Below, in pieces: positions 41,661-50,841 of a stretch of 64,000 nt of DNA. Within the stretch, counting starts at the first letter, position 1. Each line of letters starts with the position of its first letter. Both the position numbers and the translations under genes were made by a program. A model generated the notes under the pieces. It had not been told where the DNA came from, made no database searches, and saw only the letters and a list, made by a program, of their open reading frames with translations. Source of the stretch: Bacteroidetes bacterium OLB12 (lineage in GTDB: Bacteria; Bacteroidota; Bacteroidia; Cytophagales; Cyclobacteriaceae); contig LNFR01000066.1 of NCBI GenBank assembly GCA_001567185.1, forward strand, positions 2,138-66,137, read 5' to 3'.

Positions 41661-43268
41661 TTAATTACCCTTAATCAAATCTCCTGCTTTCTCCGCAATC
41701 ATAATTACCGGAGCGTTTGTATTGCCGCTGGTTAGTGTAGGCATTATCGAAGCATCTACCACGCGCAGGTTACCAATTCCATAAACCTGCAGTTGATCAT
41801 TTACAACAGCCAATGCATCGTTACCCATTTTACACGTACCTACCGGATGATATACACATTCGGCACTGCGTTGAATATGGTTGAGCAAGGCCTCATCGGA
41901 ATCGCGCTGAGCCGGGCAATGCGTTTTAGTCCGGTAAGGAGTAAAAGCATCGGCTTCCAGAATTTGTAACGCTATACGCGCACCCTTCACCAGGGTGGTG
42001 CGATCGGTTTCGTGCGACAAATAGTTTGGATCGATTACCGGTGCCGCAAACGGATCCGCGGAAGCGAGGGTAAGATAACCGCGGCTTTTTGGATTTACCT
42101 GCGTAGGTAAAATGGTGTAACCATCGGTATGCGGAAAGGTGGTAAGATCAAACAAATCGGTAGTGTAATCATTGCCAACATGTGTGGGGGTAAACTGAAA
42201 TTGCAGATCGGGTTTTGGTTGCGATGTATCTGATTTAATAAAGGCACATGCTTCCAACGGCCCAAGTGTGAGCGGCCCGGTCTTAAACAACGCATATTGC
42301 ACCAAGGATTGTATTTGCCGGTACCAGGGCATCCAGTGGTTATTACTAATGGGTTTGTTGCACAAACTGCTTACCGCGAAGAATAAATGGTCTTGCAGGT
42401 TTTGGCCTACACCGGGTAATTCTTTTTTTACTTCGATGTTGTGTTTTTCCAATACCTCTTTTGGTCCCACTCCCGAAAGCATTAGAAGTTGGGGCGATGC
42501 AAATGCCCCTCCGCACAGAATTACTTCTTTTCGTGCAAACACTTTTTCGCAGCAGGCATCGCGAATAAAATATTCAACGCCCGTTGCCTCATCTTTCTCA
42601 ATCAGAATTTGTTTTACGTGCACTCCGGTATAAACGGTAAGATTATCGCGCAGTAAAACTGGTTTTAAAAATGCATCGGCTGTGCTGCAGCGCCTGGCAC
42701 CTTTAATGGTAAACTGCATGAGTCCGGCCCCTTCCTGTTGGGCTCCGTTAAAATCATCGTTGCGAACAATGCCGGTCTGCGCGCAGGCATCAATAAAAGC
42801 TTGTGCCAATGGTGTTTTATGACGTAACCCATGGGTTACATTCAATAGTCCGGTTTGGCCATGATACCTGTTTTGAAACTGTTCGTTGTGCTCTGATTTA
42901 ATAAAGTAGGGGAGCACGTCATCATAACTCCAGCCGGTATTACCTAAACTGGCCCAGTGGTTATAATCAGCGGCATGGCCGCGCACGTAAGCCATCGCGT
43001 TGGTGGTGCTGCATCCGCCTAACACTTTGCCCCGCGGATGGTAGAGTTTTCGGTTTTGCAGAAAAGGTTGTGGTGTTGTCCAGTAACAATTCCAATCAAC
43101 CGAACTGCGATGCAGTTTCATGTAACCACCCGGAATGGTGGTTTCCAGTTTTGTGTTTTTTGGCCCGGCTTCTAAAAGCAATACCGTAATGGCCGGATTT
43201 TCTGTAAGCCGGTTGGCCAGCACACAACCGGCAGAGCCGGCTCCTACTATAATGTAATCGAAAGTCAT
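41661..43268 (-). CDS. GMC oxidoreductase (choline-dehydrogenase-like)
   Basis: VGAGSAGC, RGKVLGGCSTTNAM, VGQNLQDH, YHPVGTC, GNTNAP. Confidence 0.93.
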   Translation of the reverse strand: MTFDYIIVGAGSAGCVLANRLTENPAITVLLLEAGPKNTKLETTIPGGYMKLHRSSVDWNCYWTTPQPFLQNRKLYHPRGKVLGGCSTTNAMAYVRGHAADYNHWASLGNTGWSYDDVLPYFIKSEHNEQFQNRYHGQTGLLNVTHGLRHKTPLAQAFIDACAQTGIVRNDDFNGAQQEGAGLMQFTIKGARRCSTADAFLKPVLLRDNLTVYTGVHVKQILIEKDEATGVEYFIRDACCEKVFARKEVILCGGAFASPQLLMLSGVGPKEVLEKHNIEVKKELPGVGQNLQDHLFFAVSSLCNKPISNNHWMPWYRQIQSLVQYALFKTGPLTLGPLEACAFIKSDTSQPKPDLQFQFTPTHVGNDYTTDLFDLTTFPHTDGYTILPTQVNPKSRGYLTLASADPFAAPVIDPNYLSHETDRTTLVKGARIALQILEADAFTPYRTKTHCPAQRDSDEALLNHIQRSAECVYHPVGTCKMGNDALAVVNDQLQVYGIGNLRVVDASIMPTLTSGNTNAPVIMIAEKAGDLIKGN

Positions 43269-43456
43269 TCTGAATCTTAACGTACGAAAAAAACTTAGAA
43301 ATTGAAATGAGGAGAAGTATCTATGGGCTAATTCTAACCCGGGACAGCGACCTACCGGTCTGGGATCCTCCGCGTACCTTACAAACCAAATTTATTATTC
43401 ACATCGGTGTAATAATTTTATCTGTCCGGATACTTATTCATCCAAACGATGGGAAG

Positions 43457-44554
43457 ATGAAAACAAAATCCACAGGTAAAAAAACAAGATTCCAGGAATG
43501 GCGCGAGTCTATTGTCTTTGCAGTAGTAGTAGCAACGTTGTTTCGCTGGTCGCTGGCCGAAGCGTTTGTAATCCCCACCGGTTCAATGGAAAACTCATTG
43601 TTGGTAGATGACTACTTGTGGGTAAGTAAAATTCACTATGGCCCGCGTACACCCCGCACGCCATTACAAATTCCTCTTACGCATCAAAAAATATGGGGAA
43701 CAGAAATACCATCGTATTTAGATTGGATTGAGTTGCCCTCTTTCCGTTTGCCGGGATTACGAAAAGTAAAACGCGGGGAGCCGGTGGTATTTAATACACC
43801 CAAGGATTTGCTTGATCCCACGGAACGGCCGCTTGATCTTAAAACATATCTTGTTAAGCGGTGCGTGGCTATTGGTGGTGATGTTGTTCAGATTATAGAT
43901 CAGCAGGTGTATATCAATGGCGAACCAATGATAAATCCGCCCGGGATGAAGTTCCGCTACCAGGTGATTACTAAAGAAGAGTTGCATCCACGCACACTCC
44001 ATAACCTTGAACTTGATAGCGAAGATTTTTGGTTTTTAGGCAACACCAATGAGGGCAAGGCAGTTTACAGCATGCTGCTTACCGAAGCCCAGTTGCAAGC
44101 CATTAACAGTGCACCTTATAAAATTTCAATCCAGCCAGCTTCCGATGAGAAAGGTGGTTTTCTGCTTTATCCAAAGATGATGAATGATACATGGACGCTG
44201 AACAATTACGGGCCGCTAACTATTCCAAAAAAAGGAATGACGATAGAGGTGAATGATTCTACGTTAAATTTCTATGGCGAGTTTATTGAAAAATACGAAG
44301 GCCATAAGACTGTAAAAATTGCAAATGGTGAATTAGAAATTGAAGGCAAATCAATCACCACCTACACCTTTCAACAAGACTACTATTTTATGATGGGCGA
44401 TAGCCGCGATAACTCGATCGACTCGCGTTATTGGGGGCTTGTTCCGGAAGATCATATTCTGGGCAAACCATTGTTTATCTGGTTTTCGATAAACAAAGAC
44501 GGGAAGTGGTGGGATAAAATACGTTGGGAACGGTTAGGAATGGGAATCAAGTAA
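43457..44554 (+). CDS. lepB: Signal peptidase I
   Basis: IPTGSME (catalytic Ser), LVKRCVA (Lys), MGDSRDNSIDSRYWG. Start taken at ATG 43457. Confidence 0.95.
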   Translation: MKTKSTGKKTRFQEWRESIVFAVVVATLFRWSLAEAFVIPTGSMENSLLVDDYLWVSKIHYGPRTPRTPLQIPLTHQKIWGTEIPSYLDWIELPSFRLPGLRKVKRGEPVVFNTPKDLLDPTERPLDLKTYLVKRCVAIGGDVVQIIDQQVYINGEPMINPPGMKFRYQVITKEELHPRTLHNLELDSEDFWFLGNTNEGKAVYSMLLTEAQLQAINSAPYKISIQPASDEKGGFLLYPKMMNDTWTLNNYGPLTIPKKGMTIEVNDSTLNFYGEFIEKYEGHKTVKIANGELEIEGKSITTYTFQQDYYFMMGDSRDNSIDSRYWGLVPEDHILGKPLFIWFSINKDGKWWDKIRWERLGMGIK

Positions 44555-44599
44555 TTTACGATTCTCGCCCGGGAGATGAGGAATTACCAATTCTGCATT

Positions 44600-45826
44600 T
44601 CAGGTTTTCTGTTTTTTCTTTTTGGCAGAAGGAAACAACACATTGTTAAGAATAAGCCGGTAGCCTGGCGAATGCGGATGCATGGATAGATCCGTACTGG
44701 CCCTGCGCCAACCGGGCATTCCTTCCGGATCGTGGCCGCTGTAATACGTCCAATGGCCGCGACCTAATTCGCCATACAGATATCGCGAACGACCCGCACT
44801 TCGATTTTCGCCCAGTACCCATGCATTGGGCTTAACAAGGGCGGAGTTGAAGGACGATGTTTGTCCGCTGAATTCTTTAATCACCTGTTCATGATTCTGC
44901 GTAAGCAACGAAGGCACAATATCCCACTTGGCAGAAAACTGAAACAACTGAAAGTACGATGCGGTTGATTGAAAAAAATCGGGGCCCATTGCGTTGATGT
45001 CAGAAAATTTTCGGCTGGCCGCAGGCTCCAACGAAAAATTTTCGAACGCCAGTGTTTTGGAATAATCAAGTGCAGCATCTTCCTCGCTGCTTAAATCTTT
45101 AAAAGAAATACCAGAACCTTCAGCGGCCAGTGCAATGTCAAATGTTTCAGCGCCCGAACACATCGCAAACAAATAACCACCACCGGCAGTAAATCCTTTT
45201 ATTTTTTTGGCCACAGAAAGTTTCATATCGGTTACAGAGGCAAACCCTAACCGGGCAGCGGTTTCTTCCTGAATTTTAGCTTGTATTATTGCCGATTCCC
45301 TGCGCATAAACCTTCCGTGTTGCCCGGTAAAATCTTCATGGTGCAGATGCAACCAATCAAACCTGGCCAGTTCGTCTTTCAAAATTTCCTCGTCATAAAT
45401 AATCGTGTATGGAATTTCGGCATAGTCTAACACCAGGATCACAGCGTCACTTTCATCATTGATCAACTCGTTCTTGGGCGAATACACTGCTACGCGCGGG
45501 GCAGTTTCCAACCGCACTACATTCATGTTTGCATCCGGCCTTGCTATTTCAGTTAAGATGCTGTTTGTTTTTGCTGCCGAAATCAACTCGTATGAAATGC
45601 CACGCACTTTGCATTCGGATAATATATTGTTGTGAAAAGGGATGAGAAAACTTCCGCCCCGGTAATTCAAAAGCCAATCAACAGGCTGGCCTTCTTTTAA
45701 TGCGAAATATGCCAGGCCATAAGCTTTTAAATGATTACGCTGGCTTTCGTCCATGGGGATAAAGATGGAGTTGGCAAAACCTAACCGCACGATTAAGATC
45801 AATCCAAAAACCAGGCGCCCCTTCAT
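44600..45826 (-). CDS. Conserved Bacteroidota secreted protein with class-I GATase-like region (family often labelled asparagine synthetase B)
   Basis: Signal peptide, IPMD..Q.NHLKAYG, DWLHLHHEDFTGQ, GGYLFAMCSG, GYRLILNNVLFP. Confidence 0.75.
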   Translation of the reverse strand: MKGRLVFGLILIVRLGFANSIFIPMDESQRNHLKAYGLAYFALKEGQPVDWLLNYRGGSFLIPFHNNILSECKVRGISYELISAAKTNSILTEIARPDANMNVVRLETAPRVAVYSPKNELINDESDAVILVLDYAEIPYTIIYDEEILKDELARFDWLHLHHEDFTGQHGRFMRRESAIIQAKIQEETAARLGFASVTDMKLSVAKKIKGFTAGGGYLFAMCSGAETFDIALAAEGSGISFKDLSSEEDAALDYSKTLAFENFSLEPAASRKFSDINAMGPDFFQSTASYFQLFQFSAKWDIVPSLLTQNHEQVIKEFSGQTSSFNSALVKPNAWVLGENRSAGRSRYLYGELGRGHWTYYSGHDPEGMPGWRRASTDLSMHPHSPGYRLILNNVLFPSAKKKKQKT

Positions 45827-45928
45827 ACTTCTGAATGTCAGGTTTTTTTTGTTCAATCGCAACCCGATTATTTTTAAAAGGAGTTTAAATGCTTTGGTGT
45901 AGCACAGGGCATGAATTATTTTTGATTT

Positions 45929-46369
45929 GTGGTACCTACAAATGTTTTGCGAATCATTGACCAGATAAAGCCGGAGCTAACGTTCAGCGCTTCGCGCAGC
46001 AGCGGGCCGGGGGGTCAAAACGTGAATAAGGTAAACTCGCGCATTACACTTTCGTGGAAGGTGTCGGAATCGGCTCTTGAGCCAGCGCTGAAAGAAACCA
46101 TTTTAAGAAAATTGCATTCGCGTATTACAGCCGATGGCGAGTTGCAGATTACCGTGCAGGAGAGCCGATCGCAATTGCAAAACAAAGAAGCTACCCTGCA
46201 AAAGCTGCAGGAGTTGCTAACCAAAGCCTTTGCACAGCGCAAAGTTCGCAAAGCCACCAAACCGGGCGCAGCCGCCAAACAAGCCCGGTTAAAATCCAAA
46301 AAACAACACTCCGAAAAGAAGAAATGGCGCCAAAAGCAGAGTAAGAAGTTGCTGGCTTGTTCCTGGTAA
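45929..46369 (+). CDS. arfB: Alternative ribosome-rescue factor ArfB (YaeJ)
   Basis: SRSSGPGGQNVNKV, RSQLQNK and a basic C-terminal tail. Exact start and end uncertain. Confidence 0.92.
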   Translation: MVPTNVLRIIDQIKPELTFSASRSSGPGGQNVNKVNSRITLSWKVSESALEPALKETILRKLHSRITADGELQITVQESRSQLQNKEATLQKLQELLTKAFAQRKVRKATKPGAAAKQARLKSKKQHSEKKKWRQKQSKKLLACSW

Positions 46370-46441
46370 AACAGCAGGACTCCGTAAATTACCTCAACCA
46401 AACAAGCAACCCGTAACCAGCCGCCAGCAACGAGATATAAC

Positions 46442-46449
46442 TATATTTG
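46442..46449 (+). promoter_or_regulatory. -7 element TATATTTG for the IF2-N-like gene
   Basis: Exact consensus 26 nt before ATG 46476. Confidence 0.55.
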
Positions 46450-46475
46450 CGCCTTGAAACTCATTTAGAACTGTT

Positions 46476-47196
46476 ATGCGCCTCGGACAATTAGCCCGAA
46501 AACTTTCGGTAAGACCTTCGCAGATTGTAGATCTGCTTGCAAAAGACCAGCAATTTTTGGAAGATGGATCAAACGCTAAATTAAGCGATGATCTGGTAAT
46601 ACAGATTGTATTGCACTTTGCGCCCGATCGGCTAACTGAAATTATGTTAGTACAAACCCAGGAGGCAGAACCAGAATTGCCACAACAACCAGAAACGGTT
46701 ATTAACGAAGTGGAGGAACAGCAACCCGAAATTGTTTCTGAAATAAAATCTGAAGGTGAAGAGACGGAGACAATACGCGCACCTAAAGTGGAACTGGCCG
46801 GTTTAAAGGTGTTGGGTAAAATTGAGTTGCCTGGCCCCCGAAAAAAGGAAGAACCAAAAGGCGAGGGAGAAACTACCGAAGCAGAACAAAAGCCGAAACG
46901 CGAACACAAGAACAAACGCAGAAAGCCCATTGAGCGGACAGAAAAACCGTGGCGCAACCCCATTGCCCTGCAACGCGAAAAAGAAAGAACGCGAAAAAGA
47001 AGAGCGAAAAAAACAATTGCTCGAAGAGCAGAAGGAACGCAAGCGACTTAACTATTTAAACAAGATAAAAAACAATACGCCTGTCAAAGCAGTTCGTATT
47101 TATGACGAACCTGTTGAGAAGGAGATAACTTCGCAACCAACTGCCAAGCCTCCGCGCACCTGGCTGGGCAAATTTTTAAGATGGCTTAATACCTGA
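46476..47196 (+). CDS. Stand-alone IF2 N-terminal-domain-like protein (~240 aa); one extra A near 46985
   Basis: MRLGQLARKLSVRPSQIVDLL...SNAKL and GLKVLGKIELP resemble Bacteroidota IF2 N-terminal segments. Removing one A joins ORF 46476 to ORF 46822-47196. Confidence 0.65.
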
Positions 47197-47366
47197 TGAA
47201 AACGAAAGAGTGCCCTTCTTGTGCGATGGATGTGGACGCTAAAAGTAAAAGCTGCCCGATTTGCAATTACGAATTTCCCGATCGCAACCCGGTAATACGA
47301 TGGGTGGCCATCCTCTTGATTGTCGCTATTCTGCTTGGCCTTTTCTTTTTGCGGAGTTGGTTGTAA
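47196..47366 (+). CDS. 56-aa Zn-ribbon single-TM microprotein (below the ORF-track cutoff)
   Basis: Hand translation MKTKECPSCAMDVDAKSKSCPICNYEFPDRNPVIRWVAILLIVAILLGLFFLRSWL*. TGATG overlap with the upstream stop. Confidence 0.75.
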   Translation: MKTKECPSCAMDVDAKSKSCPICNYEFPDRNPVIRWVAILLIVAILLGLFFLRSWL

Positions 47367-47380
47367 CTACCCTGCCTGCA

Positions 47381-48340
47381 CTACACCCCCTTAAAATACT
47401 CAAACGAATTCTTCAACGTTTCAATTGGAGTGGGCGTAAGATCGCGTTCCAGGTAAAAATGTTCAGCGCCTGATTTTACAGCTTGTGTTACAATGCCTTT
47501 AATATCAAACACCCCGGTACCCGGGTCGGCCATTTTGGGGAACAAGGCTATCCATTGATCGGATGTGTTGCCATCGCCCGCAAAACGCACCGTCTCTTTT
47601 GCATCTTTAATATGTAGCAACTTAAAGCGACCGGGGTAGGCTTTCAAAAACTCAATTGGGCTTGCGCCTCCGGCTGTCATCCAGAAAATGTCCAACTCAA
47701 ATACCACATACTTTGGGTCGGTGTTCTTCAATAAAACCTCCAGGGGTGTTTGACCATTTTCAGACCAGTGTTCGTAGCCATGGTTGTGATACACAAATGT
47801 TAACCCATAATCGGCCATCTTCTTGCCAATCTGGTTAAACTCATCGGCAAATTTTTTAAACTGATCTAATGTTTTGCGTTCTTCTGCATTATTGAGAGCC
47901 GGCACAGCTACGTAGCGTGTGCCCAATTGACTCAGGGCTTCCATCGCTGATTTTAAATTCGTGCGCATGGTACCAAGATCCAAGTGTACCGAAGGGGTGG
48001 TTAGACCAAAGTCTTTCAGCATCGATTTGATGTCGGCAACAGAGTATCCATAAAATGCATTTCCTTGTATGCCTAACTGGCCGGCAACAGCTTTCCAGCC
48101 TTCTTTGGTTTCGTTGGCGCTGAATTCGTAGGGGCCAAAAAATTCAACTTCTTTATACCCGATTTCGCCCAATGTTTTAAGCGTACCCTTAATGTCTTTG
48201 GAGGCCATTTGCGGAATGGTGAATAATTGAATACCCCAGTTCTTTTTCTGCTCTGTGAGTGTTTGGGCTAAAATCCCGGAAACGGGTAATGCGGCCAATG
48301 TGGTGCCTGCCAATTGAATAAATCGTCTGCGCGGTATCAT
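47381..48340 (-). CDS. Sugar-phosphate isomerase/epimerase (xylose-isomerase-like TIM barrel), Tat-exported
   Basis: PRRRFI Tat motif, GIQLFT, YHNHGYE, FELDIFW, LHIKD. Confidence 0.9.
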   Translation of the reverse strand: MIPRRRFIQLAGTTLAALPVSGILAQTLTEQKKNWGIQLFTIPQMASKDIKGTLKTLGEIGYKEVEFFGPYEFSANETKEGWKAVAGQLGIQGNAFYGYSVADIKSMLKDFGLTTPSVHLDLGTMRTNLKSAMEALSQLGTRYVAVPALNNAEERKTLDQFKKFADEFNQIGKKMADYGLTFVYHNHGYEHWSENGQTPLEVLLKNTDPKYVVFELDIFWMTAGGASPIEFLKAYPGRFKLLHIKDAKETVRFAGDGNTSDQWIALFPKMADPGTGVFDIKGIVTQAVKSGAEHFYLERDLTPTPIETLKNSFEYFKGV

Positions 48341-48473
48341 AAAGTGAATTTTAGATTGAAATTTAAGCTAAATGGTACACAGTTGCTTTTTTAGGCAGAT
48401 GATTTTTTTCGTATGATTTATTTGATAATAATTTTACTTGTGAAATACGTCTTGAAAAAAGTAAGTTTAACAA

Positions 48474-48884
48474 ATGAAAAAGTTGGTTTTTATTATCGAT
48501 GACGACCCGGTGTACCTGAATTTTATGCAAGGACACTTTAAACAGATGCCGGATTTTGAAACGCGTGTATTTCAATCGGGGCCCGATGGCATTGCTGCGC
48601 TGGAAACCACCAAACCTTACCTGATTATACTCGATCATTTGTTTACAAATGCACCAGACAAAACCGGGTTGGATTACCTGAAGGAGATCCGCAAAAAGCA
48701 ATCCGGTGTTCCGGTTATTTATATCACCGGGTTAAACGATGAAGCGTTGAAAGCCAAGACTAAAAAACTGAAAGTAGCTGATCATATTTTAAAGAATGAC
48801 GCATTTCTGATACACTTGCGCACGGCTATGGACAAACTTAATCAGCCTGCTAAAGGAATTTTGAGTAAGCTTTTTAAGAAATAG
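48474..48884 (+). CDS. Single-domain response regulator (receiver)
   Basis: IIDDD, LIILDH (phospho-Asp), IYITG. Confidence 0.9.
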   Translation: MKKLVFIIDDDPVYLNFMQGHFKQMPDFETRVFQSGPDGIAALETTKPYLIILDHLFTNAPDKTGLDYLKEIRKKQSGVPVIYITGLNDEALKAKTKKLKVADHILKNDAFLIHLRTAMDKLNQPAKGILSKLFKK

Positions 48885-48915
48885 TGTATAATCATTACGG
48901 TAATTCGTACAGTAC

Positions 48916-49893
48916 GTGAAAGCCATACTTTGCCGCACACACGGGCTGCCACATACGCTGGTGCTGGCAGAACAGCCGCTGCCTCCTCTACAACCCGATG
49001 AGGTGTTGGTAAAAGTGGCCTTTTGTGGTGTAAACTTTCCGGATACACTCCTCATTCAAAACAAATATCAGTTTAAACCGCCACTACCTTTTTCGCCCGG
49101 AGGCGAGGTAGCCGGAATTGTTGAAGCTGTGGGAAGCGATGTGAAGCATATAAACACTGGCGATCGGGTAGTGGGCATGTGTGGCTGGGGTGGTTTTGCA
49201 GAATATGCCGTTGTAAAATCCATACGAACCTTTGTGTTACCCCCGGATATCAACCTGCAGGCTGCTGCTGCCACGTTCTATAATTATGCAACGGCTTATC
49301 ATGCTTTATCAGACCGGGCGGGGTTAATGCCGGGTGAAAAACTTCTGGTGCTGGGTGCTGCCGGAGGCGCAGGTATGGCTGCCATTGAGTTGGGGAAGTT
49401 GATGGGAGCTACGGTTATTGCGGCCGCTTCCACGGATGATAAGCTGAAGTTGTGCCAGCGTAAAGGAGCGGATTATTTGATTAACTATTCGATTCACAAT
49501 GTAAAAGATGCTGTAAAAGACATTTCGCAAGGAGCAGGCATTGATGTTATTTTTGATGTGGTAGGTGGAGCGGTGGCTGAAAGCGCCATCCGCGCGATTG
49601 CCTGGCGAGGCCGTTATTTAGTGGTTGGTTTTGCTTCGGGAAACGTTCCAACTTTTGCAGCCAATATTCCTTTGCTGAAAGGGGCATCCATAGCAGGAGT
49701 TTTCTGGAGTGGCTTTGCAGAAAAAGAACCAGCCAAAAATGCATCCAATATGAATCAGTTGATGCAATGGCACCAGGAAGGAAAAATCAGTCAGCAGATT
49801 TATAAAACCTATTCATTGGCAAATGCACCACAAGCTTTACAGGATATGATGGATAGAAAAATTATGGGGAAAGCAGTTGTGCAGATTCGTTAA
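48916..49893 (+). CDS. NADPH:quinone oxidoreductase (MDR family)
   Basis: GVNFPDTL, PFSPGGEVAG, LGAAGGAG, GRYLVVGFASG. Confidence 0.93.
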   Translation: MKAILCRTHGLPHTLVLAEQPLPPLQPDEVLVKVAFCGVNFPDTLLIQNKYQFKPPLPFSPGGEVAGIVEAVGSDVKHINTGDRVVGMCGWGGFAEYAVVKSIRTFVLPPDINLQAAAATFYNYATAYHALSDRAGLMPGEKLLVLGAAGGAGMAAIELGKLMGATVIAAASTDDKLKLCQRKGADYLINYSIHNVKDAVKDISQGAGIDVIFDVVGGAVAESAIRAIAWRGRYLVVGFASGNVPTFAANIPLLKGASIAGVFWSGFAEKEPAKNASNMNQLMQWHQEGKISQQIYKTYSLANAPQALQDMMDRKIMGKAVVQIR

Positions 49894-50005
49894 CCGCTAA
49901 GTCGCAAAGTATCTATTGAGTTAGAAAAAATTTTACCGCAAAGTCGCTGAGCCGCAAAGTTTGTAGTCAGAGAATTCTTAGCGCCTTCGCGTCCTCTGCG
50001 GTTAA
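49890..50005. repeat. REP/MITE-like element of 8-nt CGCWRAG units with TTAACCGC terminal inverted repeats
   Basis: CGCTAAGT CGCAAAGT (49895-49910); CGCAAAGT CGCTGAGC CGCAAAGT (49937-49960); inverted CTTAGCG CCTTCGCG TCCTCTGCG GTTAA (49977-50005). Confidence 0.75.
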
Positions 50006-50755
50006 AAAAATCCAATCTAATCAACTCCACTTCAAAAATCAGAACAGAGTATGGTGGAATCTGCCTCCGGCACCCTGATCGCCATAGGCTAATTCTGAAG
50101 GTAAATACAATACCCACTTATCACCCTCGCGCATTAGTTGTAAGGCCTCTGTCCAGCCGGCAATTACTTCGGTTACACCAAAGGTTGCAGGCTCGCCCCG
50201 TTCAATTGAACTATCAAAAGAAGTTCCGTCTAATAGCTTGCCTGCGTAATGTACGGTTACCTGATCGTTAGCCGTTGGCTTTTTACCTGTGCCCGATGTG
50301 ATGATTTTATATTGCAACCCACTAGCGGTTTCGGTTACACCGGGTTTAGTCTTGTTCTCGGCCAGGAAAGCCAACCCGGTAGCTTTAGCTTTTTCAATCT
50401 TTGCCTCCATGGCTTGTTGCATATATACCTGTACAAACATGGCCGCGTCCTCTGGCTTAAGTTGCAGGGAGTCTCCTTTAAACACATCGCGAACACCATA
50501 CACCAATGACTCGTAATCGAGCGAATCGGCACCTTGCATCATTAGATTTTTGGAAATGAGGATGCCCAGCGAATAACTGGCTTTTTTGTGTGGGTTGCTT
50601 AAGTCGGCAGTTTGTGGTTTTTTCAACTCTTCAACCTGTTTTTTCAGGGTTTCAACTTCTGCATTAAGTTGCTGTGTTTTTGCTATCAATTCTTTTTTGG
50701 ATTGAGCAACTACCGTTACGCTACTTAGTATTAAAACAGGCAGAAAAAATTTCAT
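50002..50755 (-). CDS. FKBP-type peptidyl-prolyl isomerase (FkpA/FklB-like); one base missing near 50062, true stop uncertain
   Basis: TASGLQYKI, VTVHYAGKLLDGTSFDSS, VIAGWTEALQLM. The corrected frame gives GQIPPYSVLIFEVEL. Confidence 0.92.
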
Positions 50756-50790
50756 TCGTGATAATCGTTTAATGGCCGCAAAGAAAACAA

Positions 50791-50816
50791 AAACCTCTGG
50801 CGAAAGCCAGAGGTTT
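50791..50816 (-). terminator. Rho-independent terminator of the lipoprotein gene
   Basis: Perfect 11-bp stem AAACCTCTGGC-GAAA-GCCAGAGGTTT followed on the minus strand by TTGTTTTCTTT, 25 nt past the stop. Confidence 0.85.
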
Positions 50817-50841
50817 AACCAATTAACTTTTATCCTGAAAA

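Noticed and set aside
49890-50117. 75-aa ORF, or an FKBP C-terminal extension through the repeat element
   Set aside because: The tail is the translated repeat. One base change in the A7 run at 50004-50010 gives a normal stop. Left unresolved and not called as a gene.
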